DNA of 63,852 bases, filler included, from Bipalium vagum (Eukaryota), in NCBI GenBank assembly GCA_037834085.1. It is 3 parts of 3 records of this genome, joined end to end, with 100 filler letters (N's around TTAATTAATTAA, not from the genome) between each part and the next. Parts side by side here need not be neighbours in the genome. Positions count along the whole stretch, not along the records: positions 1 to 31,142 come from JBBMKC010258857.1; 2 more parts are not named here. The stretch is one strand, 5' to 3'. Below, one piece after another: positions 1-13,715 of this stretch. The notes beneath the pieces are model-generated. The model did no database searches, had not been told where the DNA came from, and saw only the letters and a program-made list of their open reading frames with translations. The position numbers and the translations under genes were made by a program. Numbering within the stretch: the first letter of the stretch is position 1; each line of letters starts with the position of its first letter.

Positions 1-1079
1 TTATTATTATTATATTACTTTAAAAATTATTTTAAAAATATTTATTATTTAATATTAATTAAAATTTAATCCTTACAATAATAATGATGTTGAAGACTGA
101 GAGCATGGGAAAGTTGAATACCTTTAGCAAACAATACCATTCACGAGTGATATAACAAACAATATATGTTCCGGTACATTTTCATATTAAACATTGTTTA
201 TCTAAAGAGAGAATGAAGAAGAAAGAAATTTATTCAATGTTATCAAGCTCCCCCACGTGGGTCACCTAGTTTCTGATGTAACATTTACCTGAAATACATT
301 TTATTATTAATTATTACTTAAGTTTAAAGAATTACTAAAGGACTGTGTTTGTGGTGCTATATATCATAGTGAACAACAGTTTCGGTACCTCATTGTGAAG
401 GTATTGTTTTTTAAAAAATTGTGCTAAAATTAAAACTTCTTGCAATATTGGTTGTGTACGAATGTCCATCTCATTATTCTTCACAATTTCTTTCTTTGCT
501 TCAATTGTTATTTTGCAGTGTTTTGAATAAAATTTTGAAGGTATCATAAAGGGATAATAACTATAAAATGAAACATCACCACATGTAATATAAAAAAATA
601 ATTATTTAAGCTATTAAGAGTTTGTGTGAAACAAACCGCGAATTAATCTTACGAAAACAAAATACGTCGGTCAAAATGCGGTATACAGTTGTTTGGGGAA
701 TGCTTAATTTCATTTCAATCAATTTAACCGATGATTTTTTAATTATTATTTTTTTTTTCGTTTTTTATTTTTACATAGCCGATTACAGACAAAACAGAGT
801 AAAATGACTGATTATTATTGATTAGTGTAATGACTCAACTTAACATTAAGTCATTAAATACTTTTAGTAACTTAAATTGTTAAAATGTTTTAAAAGATTT
901 TGTTTTATTATTTGTAGTAAATGGAATTTGATACGCTAAATACATTTTATCTGTATGACGTCATATACAGGTTACATAATATGTATACTTTGATATAACG
1001 AAGTAATTTGATCGGTCCCTTGAAATTTGTTATATCGAGACTGAACTGTACTACTTTATTGAAATAGCTGCTAACAATC

Positions 1080-1640
1080 ATTAAACATGTTTCGAACTAT
1101 TATCAGTTCATCACCAGTCATTCATATTTAAAACCACACACTTTATTTATCTAAACGACGGTTTCATTTTTTAATTTAATATTTTTGTAAAATTCTGAAT
1201 GGTGGAAATTATTATTTTAAGAAAACTTTTAAATTAATTAATCTGAGAAAACATTGACTATTTTACTTTCTCATTGATCTCCGGTTGCCGCTCTTTTATT
1301 AATAACGATTCGCATATCTTCCGTTCATCGTTATTATCAAAATTATTCATAATTATTCGAAATTCTTTAGCGTTAACTTTGTCTTTTCGCACAACACAAT
1401 TCAAAGAATGATCTAAAACTTTACTCGTTCTGCTTAATTGCGAATGTTCGCTACTACGTGTTCTGAGGTGACGCTTTGTCTCCCTTATGTATAGGCTATT
1501 ACACCCATGACATTTAAATTCATATACGATATTAGCTTGCAATATTTAAGGTGTTGGCGTTTTAATTTTTAAATAGCTTTTTGTTTTTGTTGTCATTGAA
1601 ATAACTTTTAAATCGTCAAGCTCAACAGCTCTTTCTAATA
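1080..1640 (-). mobile_element. Penelope-like element remnant (GIY-YIG endonuclease end)
   Basis: ORF 1258..1542(-) NIVYEFKCHGCNSLYIRETKRHLRTRSSEH...RKICESLLIKERQPEINEK matches the Penelope GIY-YIG domain (VY..C..C...YIGET.R.L..R..EH...E...I....P.LN). Boundaries approximate. Confidence 0.75.
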
Positions 1641-2985
1641 TGTTCTAAATCCTTTTAAAAATAGTATTTTTTAATACGTTCTTGAACTCTGAAAATTATG
1701 ATTATTTATGTTATTAGTTAATTTTAATTTTCTATTTCCATGAACGCAAAATATTCCTCATCTTTTTTCTTTTTGTATTAGTAATAAATAAAAAGTGGAA
1801 TGTCTTTCAGTTGGTCTGAAACATTTTCTTTGATGTTTTCTATTGTTGCAAAATGCTGTCATTTCATGATCACGAAACATGAAAAAGTTACTAGGACTAA
1901 AGTCAGGAGAATAGGGTGTCTAAGGAACGATAGGAATGTTTTTTCTGATGAGAAACCCGGTTATCGACACAGTAGTGTATGAAGGAGCTAGTCTCATGCG
2001 AATGACTTTTTTCCGAAGACTTTCACGCATTTCAGGATAAATCTTTTGATTTATAATTTGTCCCAAAATCAAAAATTCTTTATGGACAATTATGTCATAT
2101 AAACGAATGAAAAAAATCAGCATGGTTTTCACTTTTGAATTTGTCCATTCTTTCCCTTTTTCGGACAAGGTGAATTGGAGGTGTTTACTTTTTGGTTCTG
2201 TGTTACACTCAAAAATCTACAAAACATCACGATAAGCTCTCTTCAATTGCTCAAACGAAACTATAGCAGATTTAACAAGTTTAACAGAAAAATTGCTTGC
2301 TTGCGCTGTTCGTAATTGTTCTCACTCATTTTTTGAAATGCAAACCAAAAATTTACAAAAATAGACTGATGACTAATAGTCACATGACAATAATAGATTC
2401 ATGAAATTAATACTCATTGGTGATTAGCAGTTTGGCTAAACATATGACTACTTCTCAGAGTTACAGTGCTGCCAGTCTAGCAGGAAAATAAAATCAGTCT
2501 CATTACTTAATTTAAATAACTTGTATGCCAATCCTATGCGAAATGTTTTGCAGTCACTTTATTTTTCGTCGACATTAAATATAAACAAGTGGTGGGTTTC
2601 CTAGTTTTATATACAGTGATGACAGTTGTCATTTGGTGCCGACATGTTTGAAGAAGTCTAAGACATGATATTGATAGTCTAATGAAGTTTGACGTCATTG
2701 ATTAAGTGAAACGTCTTCTGTGGCTAAAGAGACATGGGCTTAGTACCACCATGGTACGTACTTCTTGGCAAGGTTTTATTCAACCTAAAACCAATTGATG
2801 AACGTTAGACATAATGAATATATTTTTTATTACTGGATAAAAATATTATTACGACTAAAAAAGCAGATCAAATATTTTCGGTAAAATATTGATCTCTGCA
2901 TAATCACTGCAGGGAAGAGTGAAAATGGAAATGAATTAAATCATGTTGTAAATCTTTTAAAGTTCAAAAGCAGATCGCCCTCTGG

Positions 2986-3140
2986 GTGTTAATACGAAGA
3001 GACATTTTTATGAAGAAAACACTTTCCCATATCAATATGGATGGTAAATTCGAAGTTGATATCATTAATGTAAGTGAGCCGGCATCCGTAGGTATGGATA
3101 GAGATTCCAATATCTTTATGGTGGTCAGTTCGATGGATAT
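2986..3140 (+). pseudogene. Fragment of secreted family A, exon-2 domain
   Basis: FEVDIINVSEPASVGMDRDSNIFMVVSSM aligns with YKYEIIDISETSSAAIDGSLDTFIIVSSL of the intact gene at 14040-14564; homology breaks off after ~3140. Confidence 0.6.
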
Positions 3141-3635
3141 CATTGTAACACTTTATGTGTACCTTGTCAATACTAGTGTTATCGTGTATCATTATAGGTA
3201 ACTTAGATCAAGGTAGTGTACAAATAAACCAAAACGGAAGATTCTTTAAGAACGGAGGACATCACAATCACCTTCAGTTTCTCATTGTTTATGTACCCAT
3301 CCTTTATAAGAGCTTATCGAGATTGACATAGTTCTCAAATATTTTCAGTTTATAATTTTAGATTAAATGTTTGTTTCTTATTATAGAGAAATTTTGTCTT
3401 ATGTTATAATTATTGTTGTAATAAAGAGAAACAGTTGCTTTCTTGTTTCCCTCGACAATGTGCTTCATTATATATTATCGCAGTTATCCTCTCAAATGTT
3501 TGTGTTCTTTAGTTAAATCCGTTTCATCATTTTTTACTACGTATAACACATCGAATAAAGTGGCAGAGAATATTTCCTTTCCTCCAGTCAAACAGAATAA
3601 AGCTGTACCAGAAAGTCTTTCTCATTTTATGAGGA

Positions 3636-4560
3636 ATGATGATTAAAATCTTTTTAGCTCTCATGATATCGATGGTCGAGTCAAATATGTTTTACCAATC
3701 GACTGAAAAATGTATGTCTCCACATCGACCTGCGCTTGCCACAGCATCCATTGTTGAAAGCGCAGTCCATTGCGACCTGACTGATTGCACAAATTCCAAT
3801 TTGAATTGAAAAAGATGCTGTGCTTTATCTATGGACTGTCCGATTTGTGCCAATTCAATGTGAAATGTTGGACAGTCACTTTGGTTGTCGTCAACAATAA
3901 ATTTAAAGAGATGGTGGGTTCTTTGATTTAACAAATGTTGATGACTGTTTATATTTAGTGTCCTCTGGACGAAAAGACGCAAATATATATTTTTCTAATG
4001 AAAACGACTTTGCACATCAGTAACGGCGTTAGATTTCAAGTTCCGATGATTGATATAAGTGAACCGGCATCCGTGGGTACAGATAGCGCTTACAATATCT
4101 TCATGACACTTAGTTCGCTGAAGGGCACAAATATTATTATTATTTTGTAGTTTTTAAAGAGTTTTTAGAAAAAAAGACCACCATTCAAACAAAAGTAGTT
4201 GATGAGATTGTAAAATTAGAAAGCAACGGAATTCGCAGAAGTCAAGAGTTGCTATGAACCCATGGAGAACATTTTATCGATACAGAATAAGAATAATACG
4301 TTTATGAAGTTGGTTCTCTTGATTTGGTGGACCAAATTACGTTTGTAGACTATATCATCAGGAACAAGTATCATACGGTGTTTCTGAAGACGGATCTTTG
4401 ATTGAAACAAGATTTTAAAATTAAAAGGTTTTTAAGGTTTTTATGATTATATTTCGAAACTATTGGAAGATCTGTGATTGTTAAGAGGTTCAATGTTGTG
4501 TCAGAATAAATCATATGGAGGACTTTTTATTCTAAGTGACACAGGTTTTTGATGAAAGAT
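3636..4560 (+). pseudogene. Pseudogene paralog of family A (signal peptide + PAN-like + novel domain)
   Basis: MMIKIFLALMISMVESNMFYQSTEKC...AVHCDLTDC aligns with the 13716 gene. Frameshift near 3795; same 45-nt GT-AG intron (3914-3958); exon 2 starts CPLDEK...IDISEPASVGTDSAYNIF, then stops and frameshifts. Confidence 0.75.
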
Positions 4561-5089
4561 TTGGGAAGAGTTTCATTAAAATATAAAGCTTAAGGGATGA
4601 GGATAAAGATTGTCAAAAGATCTGCTTTTATGGGACACCGACAACCTTTATCCCTTTCTACCATGCAGAACCGTAACTACTTTCTTAAGCCTTGAAAATC
4701 AAGGACTTCTTCCGTTAGATTTCTAAGATGCTTTAGATGTTTGTTTATATTTTATGTTTTTCATGAGAAAGTGTCTCTCTCATTCTGATATACTGAAGAA
4801 TTTGGAGGACATGTTGTAATATTCAAATTCCCGCTGCAGTATTCAAAAACAAACCTTGATTTAATACTTAGAAAAGATTGATCACCGAACTGTCCGTAAC
4901 AGACGTCACAACGTATATCTGTAAAACTGAGCATTGATTAGACCTATTTCATCCGAAAAAAGTTCGTATCTGTGAGTGGTGGAATATGAAAGGAATAATA
5001 TATTTTATATATTATATATATATTATAATATAAATTAAAATATTTATTATTATTTTTATTATTCATTTTATCTAAAAATTCACATTATT

Positions 5090-8000
5090 TATGATATTTA
5101 ACAATTATTTATTATTTAATTATTTTTAGTGAAATGCCTCAAATACATCACGCTTTACTATTTGCATTCAAATGATCTGTCCGATGTATTACATGGGAGA
5201 AGTGGCTTTCATGAAAGAACAGAAAATATTTATAAAATAGAGCCATAGTTTCTGACAATTGTTTTGTGCTTTCCATTTTAACACTAGAAACGTTATTTGC
5301 ATACTAAAACGCCAATATCTTTAAAACAGTATATATAAAAATTTTATATAAAAAAATTGAGTTTATTTATTTTATCAAGATTTAACTCTATTTGAAGAAT
5401 TGTATAAAATACCTTTTCTTAGTTTTCATAAAAAATGCATCAATACCTATAAACACGAAAGGCGTCGATTGGCGCTTGTATAATTTATTTTAATAAACCT
5501 GTATAAATTTATTTAAAATTATATAAGATCGAACTTTAATTGATTTGTTTATTATTTTGTTTCAATATTAACAAAAACTACAAATTTTAAATGTTTTCGA
5601 ACGCAATACAGAAATTGAGAGATATTCCATCTGACCAATCTGATGATGACCGTGACAATGATTTTGAAATGGATGATTATGAAAACATATCTATTTCAAG
5701 TGAATCAAGCCAGTCAAGCAATGAGAACAATGATGTGGAAACGTCAAGGTCCACGAAGAGTAAAGATAGCACCCAATGGCATTTGTTGGAGGCAGGTGTA
5801 GCAACTCGCGGAAAGAAAAAATTCCAAAATGTGAAGTGCTTCAACCCGGGTCCGACGTCATATCGCTCAACGAGAATAAAAGAAGGAAGTTATATTAAGT
5901 CTTAACAAGCCTGATAAATTTGGATTAAAATTTTGGCTTGGTGTAGATGTTGAAAGCAAATATTTATGCTATGGCTTTCCATACCTAGACAAAGATGAAA
6001 CAAGTTCACAGATTGATTCTTTACCCACTGATGTTTTAATAAAATTAATGAGTCCCTTTGCCAACCGAGGATATAACGTCATTTGTGACAATTACTTTAT
6101 CTCCTTGAATCTTGCTTAAAAGTTACTGCTGAAAAAAACTAGCCTTGTGGGTACAATTCCTTTAAATAGAAGAAAATTGCCTAAATTAATAAAGGTAAAA
6201 AGATCTCTTTATGATACATTAGTAATGAAAACATCGAATCATATAACTTTAACGTCATATCAGTTCAAAACAAATAAATCTGTTGCCAATTGGAGCACCG
6301 TACATCCTGATATCATTATTCTAAGGGTATCTAATCCTAAGATGAAACCCAATACTGTTTTATTTTATAACAAGAAAACATTTTGAGTTGATGTCATTGA
6401 TCAACTCAAATGTCAAGGACATATTCCACAAGAGTTAGTAGTAGAAGATGGCCAATGCATGCTTTTTATAATGTTTTGGACTTCTCCCTGATTAATGCTT
6501 GGATCGCTAATAAAAGCGTGTCCAGAAGTACACTTTCTCGTCGACAGTTTATCCATAAAGTTTAAGAAGACCTCACAGGACATTCTTCATTAGATAAAAA
6601 CCCAAAAGACAATAATGACGATGACTCCGGTTCATCTGAAACGAATAAAAGTAATAGAACAGCAGATCGATGTCGGATATGCAATAAAGCGATTTGTAGA
6701 AAATGTTCAATAAAAAAATGCAAAGGATGTGTTTTGAAATAAAAATTAATGTAAAAAAAACTTCGTGATTGTAGATAGTTCATTTTTCCAGAGTTTCTAG
6801 TGTTAAAATATTAAATCTCTTTCTTTCAAACTTGACTCAAATGAAACTTGGTCATAACGCGCAGATTGTAATGTGCTTTAAACAGAAGGTTGATCAAAGT
6901 TGTTTCAAATGAATAGTAAACTGATTTCTTCTACAGTAAAGCTTATTAGTTTATTTTTATTATAAATATTTTAATATTTTGTAATTAGAGAAATAAATTG
7001 GAAAAATCGGTCTGTTCAAATACGGTAACTGGATTTTCTTAAACCTGTAGGCACAAGTGCATGTTAATGTCAGAGTTAAACCCGCGGCCTCCAATAATAA
7101 TCGACATTATCTAAAAAATCGCTCATTTTACAAAATCAATATTTATAATATAGAATTCACGTATTTGGTAAATTCTTATTTTTGCTCTCTACGCATTGAT
7201 CGATCATATTTTCAATAAATGCATTATTTATCAAAATCTACTTTAATCAATTTAAGTCATAATTTTAAATTAAAAAATATAGTGTGCTAAAACGTTGATG
7301 AGCAGTAAAACTATTTTTTTGGTTTTGGAATACTTTGGATTATGACAAAGTTCTCATCTGTATTTATATAAATATTTATATTAATTAATTAATTAATTAA
7401 CGTTAAGAGTAAAGTTGTCAAATCTGTAAAAATCATTATTTGGAAACTTTTACCCTGATATTGGAAAATAAATAAATAAATAAATGGATTATTTTGGAAA
7501 AGGAAGAAATGTATAACAGAATTGATTGGCTGATATTCTTATAGATTTTATTTTAAAAAATATGAACAAAGATGGGGTATTCTTGTGAGGAGAAAGGAAT
7601 ATGTCAATTAACCACCAGAACCATTTTAAGGAAAACCTCGTCACAATCACAGAAAGTCGTCCAACATAAAGATCTTACAATTTTCGTCGATTGTAATAAT
7701 ATTCCTCTAAGCTAAAGTAGGCAGACAAAGATTCCTTGCAACCTTCTTTGGAAAGAACAAAATAGAATAGAAAAATAATATTTTATTTGTATATTCTCAA
7801 GGGAAAGAAATAAATATTACTGTCACATAATGACGTCTTCACCATGAAATAATAAATAATAAAATATATTTCAGCAAAATTTCCATCATCCCTTTTTTTC
7901 CCACAGGGAAACGTGGTAACACACGTGGGAGAAATTTAATATCGCTGAATATCTTTCTTTCTCCTTTAATATCTCTTTAGATAAACAATGGTTAATGTGA

Positions 8001-9635
8001 AATTATAACCGGAACATATATATTGTTCGTCAGATCACCCGTGAAGGATATTGTTTATGAAAGGTATTCCACTGTCCATGCTCTCAGCCATCCATATATT
8101 ATGATGTTAAAATCATTGGAATATGTTTCTGTACATCCTAAGCAAGGTGGTTCTTGCAATGTAACGTTAGGAATAACAAAGATGATATAAACCAAAACGG
8201 AAGTCCATTTTTACGACGCGTGGTTTAGGAATCGTTTTCCGTTTTCCATCGTTTATGCTCCCATCGTCGTTAGGAGCTTATTTTGATTGTTATTACTCTC
8301 AATCATTTCTTCGTGATATCATCCCACCAAATAAAATGTTAAGGATTCGTAAAGGTTTCAGACGTCGCTGACAGCATTGATGAACTTGACGGTTCCTTCA
8401 TATTACAATTTTCATCACAAATCTCATGAGGGACTCTTTTTATTTTCTTGATTAAAAGAAATTAAATAAACTAATAAAATAAATAAATAAAAGAAATATA
8501 AAGAAATTAAATCTTTTAACATTTTCAGATTTTATTACGATTTTTAATATTTATTTTTATTTTTAAAATATCTTGTTTCAAAATGATGGAAACGGAACAT
8601 GTTCGAGAGTGATATCACCCCATACGCTCTGTCGTACAATGGAAAAGGGAATAATGAGAGATGGGGGCGGTTGTGAAAATAGGCTTCCGTTTAGGTTTAT
8701 TTCTCCATATTCCATCTGTCCTGTCTATCACTAAACTGTAACAAGCGCAGGTCGAGGTGCACTAGAAATTATATGGATGGTTCAGAGAAGGTGAGAGAGC
8801 TGCTGGATAAGGGTCAGACTTTTAATGCAAAACTATAGACATAACAAGTTAACCAAGCATTGCGCCGTCACACTACTTCTCTTTCTGTATTGATTCCTTT
8901 GCCATCATGTATAACTATATTATATTATTTCTTCATTTATTTTTCCATTTAGTCTTAAATCCACCGTTATTTCTCCTACTACCTCAGAGGCTTCAGAATT
9001 CTCTCCACTAGATTTTTGTGGAAGCAGTCCTGTTTTTCTTCTATAGATGGATGAAATCATGAGTTCATCGACTTTAAAGATTTCTGTTCATTCCCCGGTA
9101 TCGAATACTTTTTGGATAGAATATCATTTGTAAATGTTACACCGGCAGGATCTTTTGAGAGCTTCATAGCAAAAGTGGTAGGCGACATCGAATAAATGGT
9201 CAAAAATCGTTATTGATGAAACATTTATTAAAAGTAAGATGAGCAAGAAAGAAGAACAAAAGAAAAACAATTCTGATATATAAATATATAAACAATACTA
9301 AGAATTAAAACAATATTTAAAATTAATGAAAAGTGAACGTTGCCCAGAAACAGTGGGTGTAGGGAATGAGCACAGTGCCGAGGTATTTCAGGTTGTCATT
9401 CGAAAAAATCTAAACTAAAATATGACGTTACGGCGTTCCTTAATGAATTACTCTAATGAATTTCGTTGTTAACATCTCAGAAGGTCACTGTTAGTTGAAT
9501 AGGCAAAGAAGCTTCTGATGATATATTTAGAGAAAAGTGTGAACATTTTAACAACAAATATCGTCACAAAAGCTAGTTCGACAGTTTAGAGACAAAATCC
9601 CTTTGAAGGAAAGGTCTTCTGTCCACAAACCTTGA
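5090..9635. repeat. Left arm of large inverted duplication (partner 14515-18870)
   Basis: Collinear reverse-complement matches, e.g. 5130-5281 vs 18676-18830, 6803-7500 vs ~17980-18679, 8330-8660 vs 16940-17300, 8940-9635 vs 14515-15180. Outer boundary approximate. Confidence 0.9.
5282..6802 (+). mobile_element. piggyBac DNA transposon, internally deleted and decayed
   Basis: TTAA TSDs at 5278-5281 and 6803-6806; TIRs CACTAGAAAC / GTTTCTAGTG. Transposase pieces: KPDKFGLKFW, NVICDNYF, VGT, VDVIDQ, RRWPMHAFYNVLD, C-terminal CRICNKAICRKC. Empty site visible in the inverted copy near 18676-18679. Confidence 0.92.
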
Positions 9636-10074
9636 GATCACTGATGTCAGTGAACTGGCATCTGTGGCTATGGATAGAGAATCTAATATCTTCATGGTGG
9701 TCGGTTCGATGAAGGGCACTAATTTGATTATGCTTGTTAAATTTTTGAGAGGGTATTAGAGAAAAAAACCACCACTGCAACTAATGTACTTAATGAGATT
9801 GTGAAATTCGCAACAAATGGATTGTGTAAATTTCATAAGAATTTTTATGACCATGGACAATTTTTTGACACAGAAAAGAAAAAATTCTGTTTTTGAAGTT
9901 GTGTTCCTTGATTCTATAAACGCGGCCAAGTTCCAGGAAGACATAATAAAACAAAAGAATCACTTGGTGTTTTTGAAGTCGAAGCTCTACTTGAAACAAG
10001 AATATCAACATATTTTTAGGATCTTCAAGATTTTTGGAGCAAAGACCTTTCCTTCAAGAGGTATCAGTGGTTAA
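9636..10074 (+). pseudogene. 5'-truncated, frameshifted family A exon 2
   Basis: EITDVSELASVAMDRESNIFMVVGSMKGT...FEVVFLDS...IFKIFGAKTFPSRG aligns with ORF 14097..14564; starts at the inverted-repeat junction. Confidence 0.75.
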
Positions 10075-10199
10075 ACTGACAAATAAAACGGTTGTAACTG
10101 TTAAACATTTAATGTTTCTCGAAATAAATTATCTGAAGCGTTTTATTCTTCCAAATTACGCGGGTCAATACTGAGACGTTTAAGGAATGATGAGGTGAA

Positions 10200-12170
10200 A
10201 AATTTTCAAACAGTTCTTTGAAACACTTCTGACTTGATATCTTTGACGTATGCTCTAATTAATTTCGTCGGTGTGGACCCTTCGATTTCAATTTATAAAA
10301 TGTTCTTGCAGAAAATTGCAGAACTTTTCTCTTTGAGAATTTTATACTTCCATCGGTATAATGTATATATAAATTGTATATTTCGGTGAAAAATTTAAAA
10401 ACAGTCTCACTTTGAGGACATAAAATATAAAGATAACGTAAAAGTTTTAACACTTTTTCGCTCAATGTTGAGACAAATACCAGATTTTTACATAAACTCT
10501 GACTCAAGCGGGTATTTTTTGAAGACCTTAGCTCTCATTCTAATAGGCAGTTTTGCAATTTCTGCCTCTACAGTCATTACACTTTGATGGAATCTCGGGG
10601 CTGTCAAATATGTAATAATTTTTTCCACTATCATTAAGCATCATCATTGTTAATTGATCACTGGGACCAATGAAAACTGATACAGAATAAACGTTGTGAC
10701 ACCATTTTTATTTGACTATGTGAGTCAATCAATAATTATATAAATAGATTCACCTGTTTCAATTGAACATTACAAGTATTGGTTATGGATGTCAACATTT
10801 AAATTTTACCCATTGGGTTAATTGTAGTTCAATATATTGAACGTATGTTGATAATAAACCAAAAGATCTACATAAAGTAGTGCGTGTCTTAAGAAATAAT
10901 AGTGAGCTTTATTATCAAATAAGTCTCATTAGTTTAGGTGAACCTTGAAAAATGCCTAAATTGATAAAACACTGCTTAACCCCAACCTTTAGGCGCGAAG
11001 AGATAGAATCCGAAATCAACTATATTACCACTGTGCCTTATAATTATTATCACGGAAGCCCTACAAAAGGCAATATCTTTTACATTTCGAATCACAGTGA
11101 AGAAACAATATAACCTTTAACTCAAAGAGAAATATAATTCCTACAGATGAAGGAAAAGATTTAAAAATTAAAAGGGATAGAGTTGTGTGGGTCTAGGCCA
11201 CGACCGGAGTGTAAACTGGCTAAGTTGTAAAAATAATAATCCTTTGGCTATCAGAAAAAAGAAGGGTGAGGAAAAATCTTTTTCATCATATATTATCTTT
11301 TTGTTTGTAATGAACGGTGATTTTCATGGAGAAATTTAAATTTAAATTTTTTCTGTGATTTTAAGATTTTTGGTGATTATTGAAAGACCTGTGTGGCAAA
11401 AATTGGAGTATTTTTTTTGAAGGTTTTGAACTTTGAGCAAAGGCCGATGTGAATTGAGTTGGCAATTTTGAATTCGAATATTTTTTTGATTCTTGATTAT
11501 ACTTGAACAATTTTCGATTGATATAAATTTGATTTTTCTTTTGGAAATTTGTTTAAATTTTCGAACTTGTTGGTAATTTTAAATTTAAAGAAAGTTGAAA
11601 ATTTCGATTATTGTTTGGATTTTTTAAAGTCCTGTGTGATATAAACTTGTTGATTTTTGGACATTGATTTGACCTGTCTGGTATTGAAATTTTTAATTTT
11701 GGAACTTTTAGTAAAGCCCGGTGGGGTATAAAAGTTTGTTTGTTTGAAAATCTGTTTTTGTATGTGACATTTTGAGGTTAACTATGATAATGAGCAACTC
11801 AGAGCTAGTAGTGCCTAATTTGTCACCAGACCAAGGAGTCTTTGCAAGAATGATGGGGGAAGTCATTTATAGTTATACATGTGCAGTGGTAAGCGTGCAC
11901 TTGAGGAGAACTGAATAATGCACAAATGAATTACCAGTTGTTTGGAAAAAAAATCGATTTGTGGCTAAGATTATCAGAATTTTACTAAAATAGCATGCAA
12001 AACCGAAAATTCTAGTTGTTAGATAAACTATGTCGCCGAAACACAAAATAACGCAAGACATGTGAATAACTCTATCAAATAAAAAAGAGACTAGTAAGGT
12101 AGAGAACCTGGAGCTGTTGAAGATTGAAGATATGGATGAATTGGCATTAACTGGAATCTATACAACCTAA
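10200..12170 (-). mobile_element. Decayed LINE remnant, possibly I-clade with RNase H
   Basis: RNase H-like YIHYTDGS in ORF 10259..10507; RT C-terminal-like LTAPRF...VEAEIAKLPIRMRAK at ~10530-10610; degenerate ORF1 zinc-knuckle-like traces near 11800-11900. Heavily mutated. Confidence 0.45.
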
Positions 12171-12189
12171 GATATCGAAGAGTTACAGT

Positions 12190-12600
12190 GTCGTCTTTTT
12201 CTCTAATACTCTTTCAAACAGTTTTATAAGGATAATCACTGACTACCATAAGGATAATGGAATCTCTATCCACAACCACAGATGGCGGATCACTTATACC
12301 AATGATCTCAACTTCAAATGAACCATCGTTTCTGATAGATGAATTTGTTTTCCTTATAAAAAAGTCTTTGGGACATAAACCCAGAGAACGATCTTTGTTT
12401 AAATTTTAAAAGATTTACAATATGATTTAAATCAATTTCCATTTTCATTCATCCCTGTTCTGATTATACAGAAATCAATGTTGTACAGAAAATATCTGCC
12501 TCTCTTTTTTCTACCAAGAATGTCTGTATCCATCAATAAAAGATATTTATTATCCCTAACGTTCACCAATCGTTTACGGGTTGAATGAAACCCTCAGGTA
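12190..12600 (-). pseudogene. Family A exon-2 fragment plus upstream block, inverted homolog of 2780-3140
   Basis: Reverse complement ...aaatcatattgtaaatcttttaaa...gaagttgagatcattgg...gtggatagagattcc matches 2935-3110. Confidence 0.65.
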
Positions 12601-13715
12601 TCTTCAATATTCTATTTCGTGATACACAATGAAATCCCTCTGGAAACACGAAAGAACAATGCCAAATCTTACAAGGGCAGGAGGACGATGGGAACATATC
12701 TTCCTTATTTTATTTATTTAGTGAATTGAAATCACGAAGAAACGATGATAAAAACATGAAATATTTCTTAGCAATAACATTGTCCACCATCTCCTTACAA
12801 CGATGGGACCATAAACAATGTTAAACAGAAAACGATTCTGAGGAAACTCGATTCTGAAAATAGGCTTCCGTTTTGGAGTATTTCTGCATATTCCATCTCG
12901 GTTATCCCTAACAATATATGGTACGGTTACAATATCACATTGCACATTGTTCATCCATGAAGAGAATTAAGGAGAAAGAAATATATTCAACGATATAAAG
13001 TCTCCACCACGGGGGTCAACTAATTTTATCATCATCAGATGAGATAACATCATTATGAGATAGTGATATTCATTTCTTTCCCTTGAAAATATCATGAAAT
13101 GAAAACGAACCAGGAGAATATATTGTTTCTTATACTAATCCTTAACAGTTTTCTTTTTTTTCATTTTTACACTCATTCAATGCTTGCAGCCCGTCACACT
13201 CCATACAAGAACTTTTTTAGAAATAATTGAAACACTGTTAAAATACCTTGACAATGCCCGTGTTACACTGTCATGCTATCAGTTACATAGGTGGAAAATA
13301 AAATTATTGCAACAAAAGGAGGTCTATTTTAACAAGATGTGAATTCAGAATCCTCATCCTTCTCTCATTGTTCATGATTGAGTTGTTCTCAAGATTATAA
13401 CCGGGTTGATATCAATGTCCAATGTTTGTTTTATATATTCTTTCACAGAACGATTTCAATGAGTACGAAAAATAAAAAATTGAAAATCCATCAGAGAAAG
13501 CATTATCTTAGAGGAAATATCTCTTAGGGATACACCCTATTTCCATTAATTATAGTAGTTACACACCTCATAACATATTGCCTTATTTTCTAAACACCAT
13601 GGGAATATTTCTGACCAGAGTAAACACGTCAAACATGAGTGAAGGAAATATTTCCTTTCCCCCTTTTACAATTCATAAATGAAGTACTACGACGACATTT
13701 TATCATTTTTAAAGA

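Noticed and set aside
1800-2610. ORFs 1800..1982 and 1920..2168 and a CTAGT possible Helitron end near 2601
   Set aside because: No recognisable protein motif and no clear subterminal hairpin.
5282-5291. CACTA terminus suggesting an EnSpm/CACTA transposon
   Set aside because: TTAA target duplication and piggyBac transposase motifs identify piggyBac.
9586-9780. Minus-strand ORF ending KVCGQKTFPSKGFCL, identical to the end of the 14097 ORF
   Set aside because: Chance ORF across the inversion junction: antisense of one paralog fused to the inverted 3' end of another.
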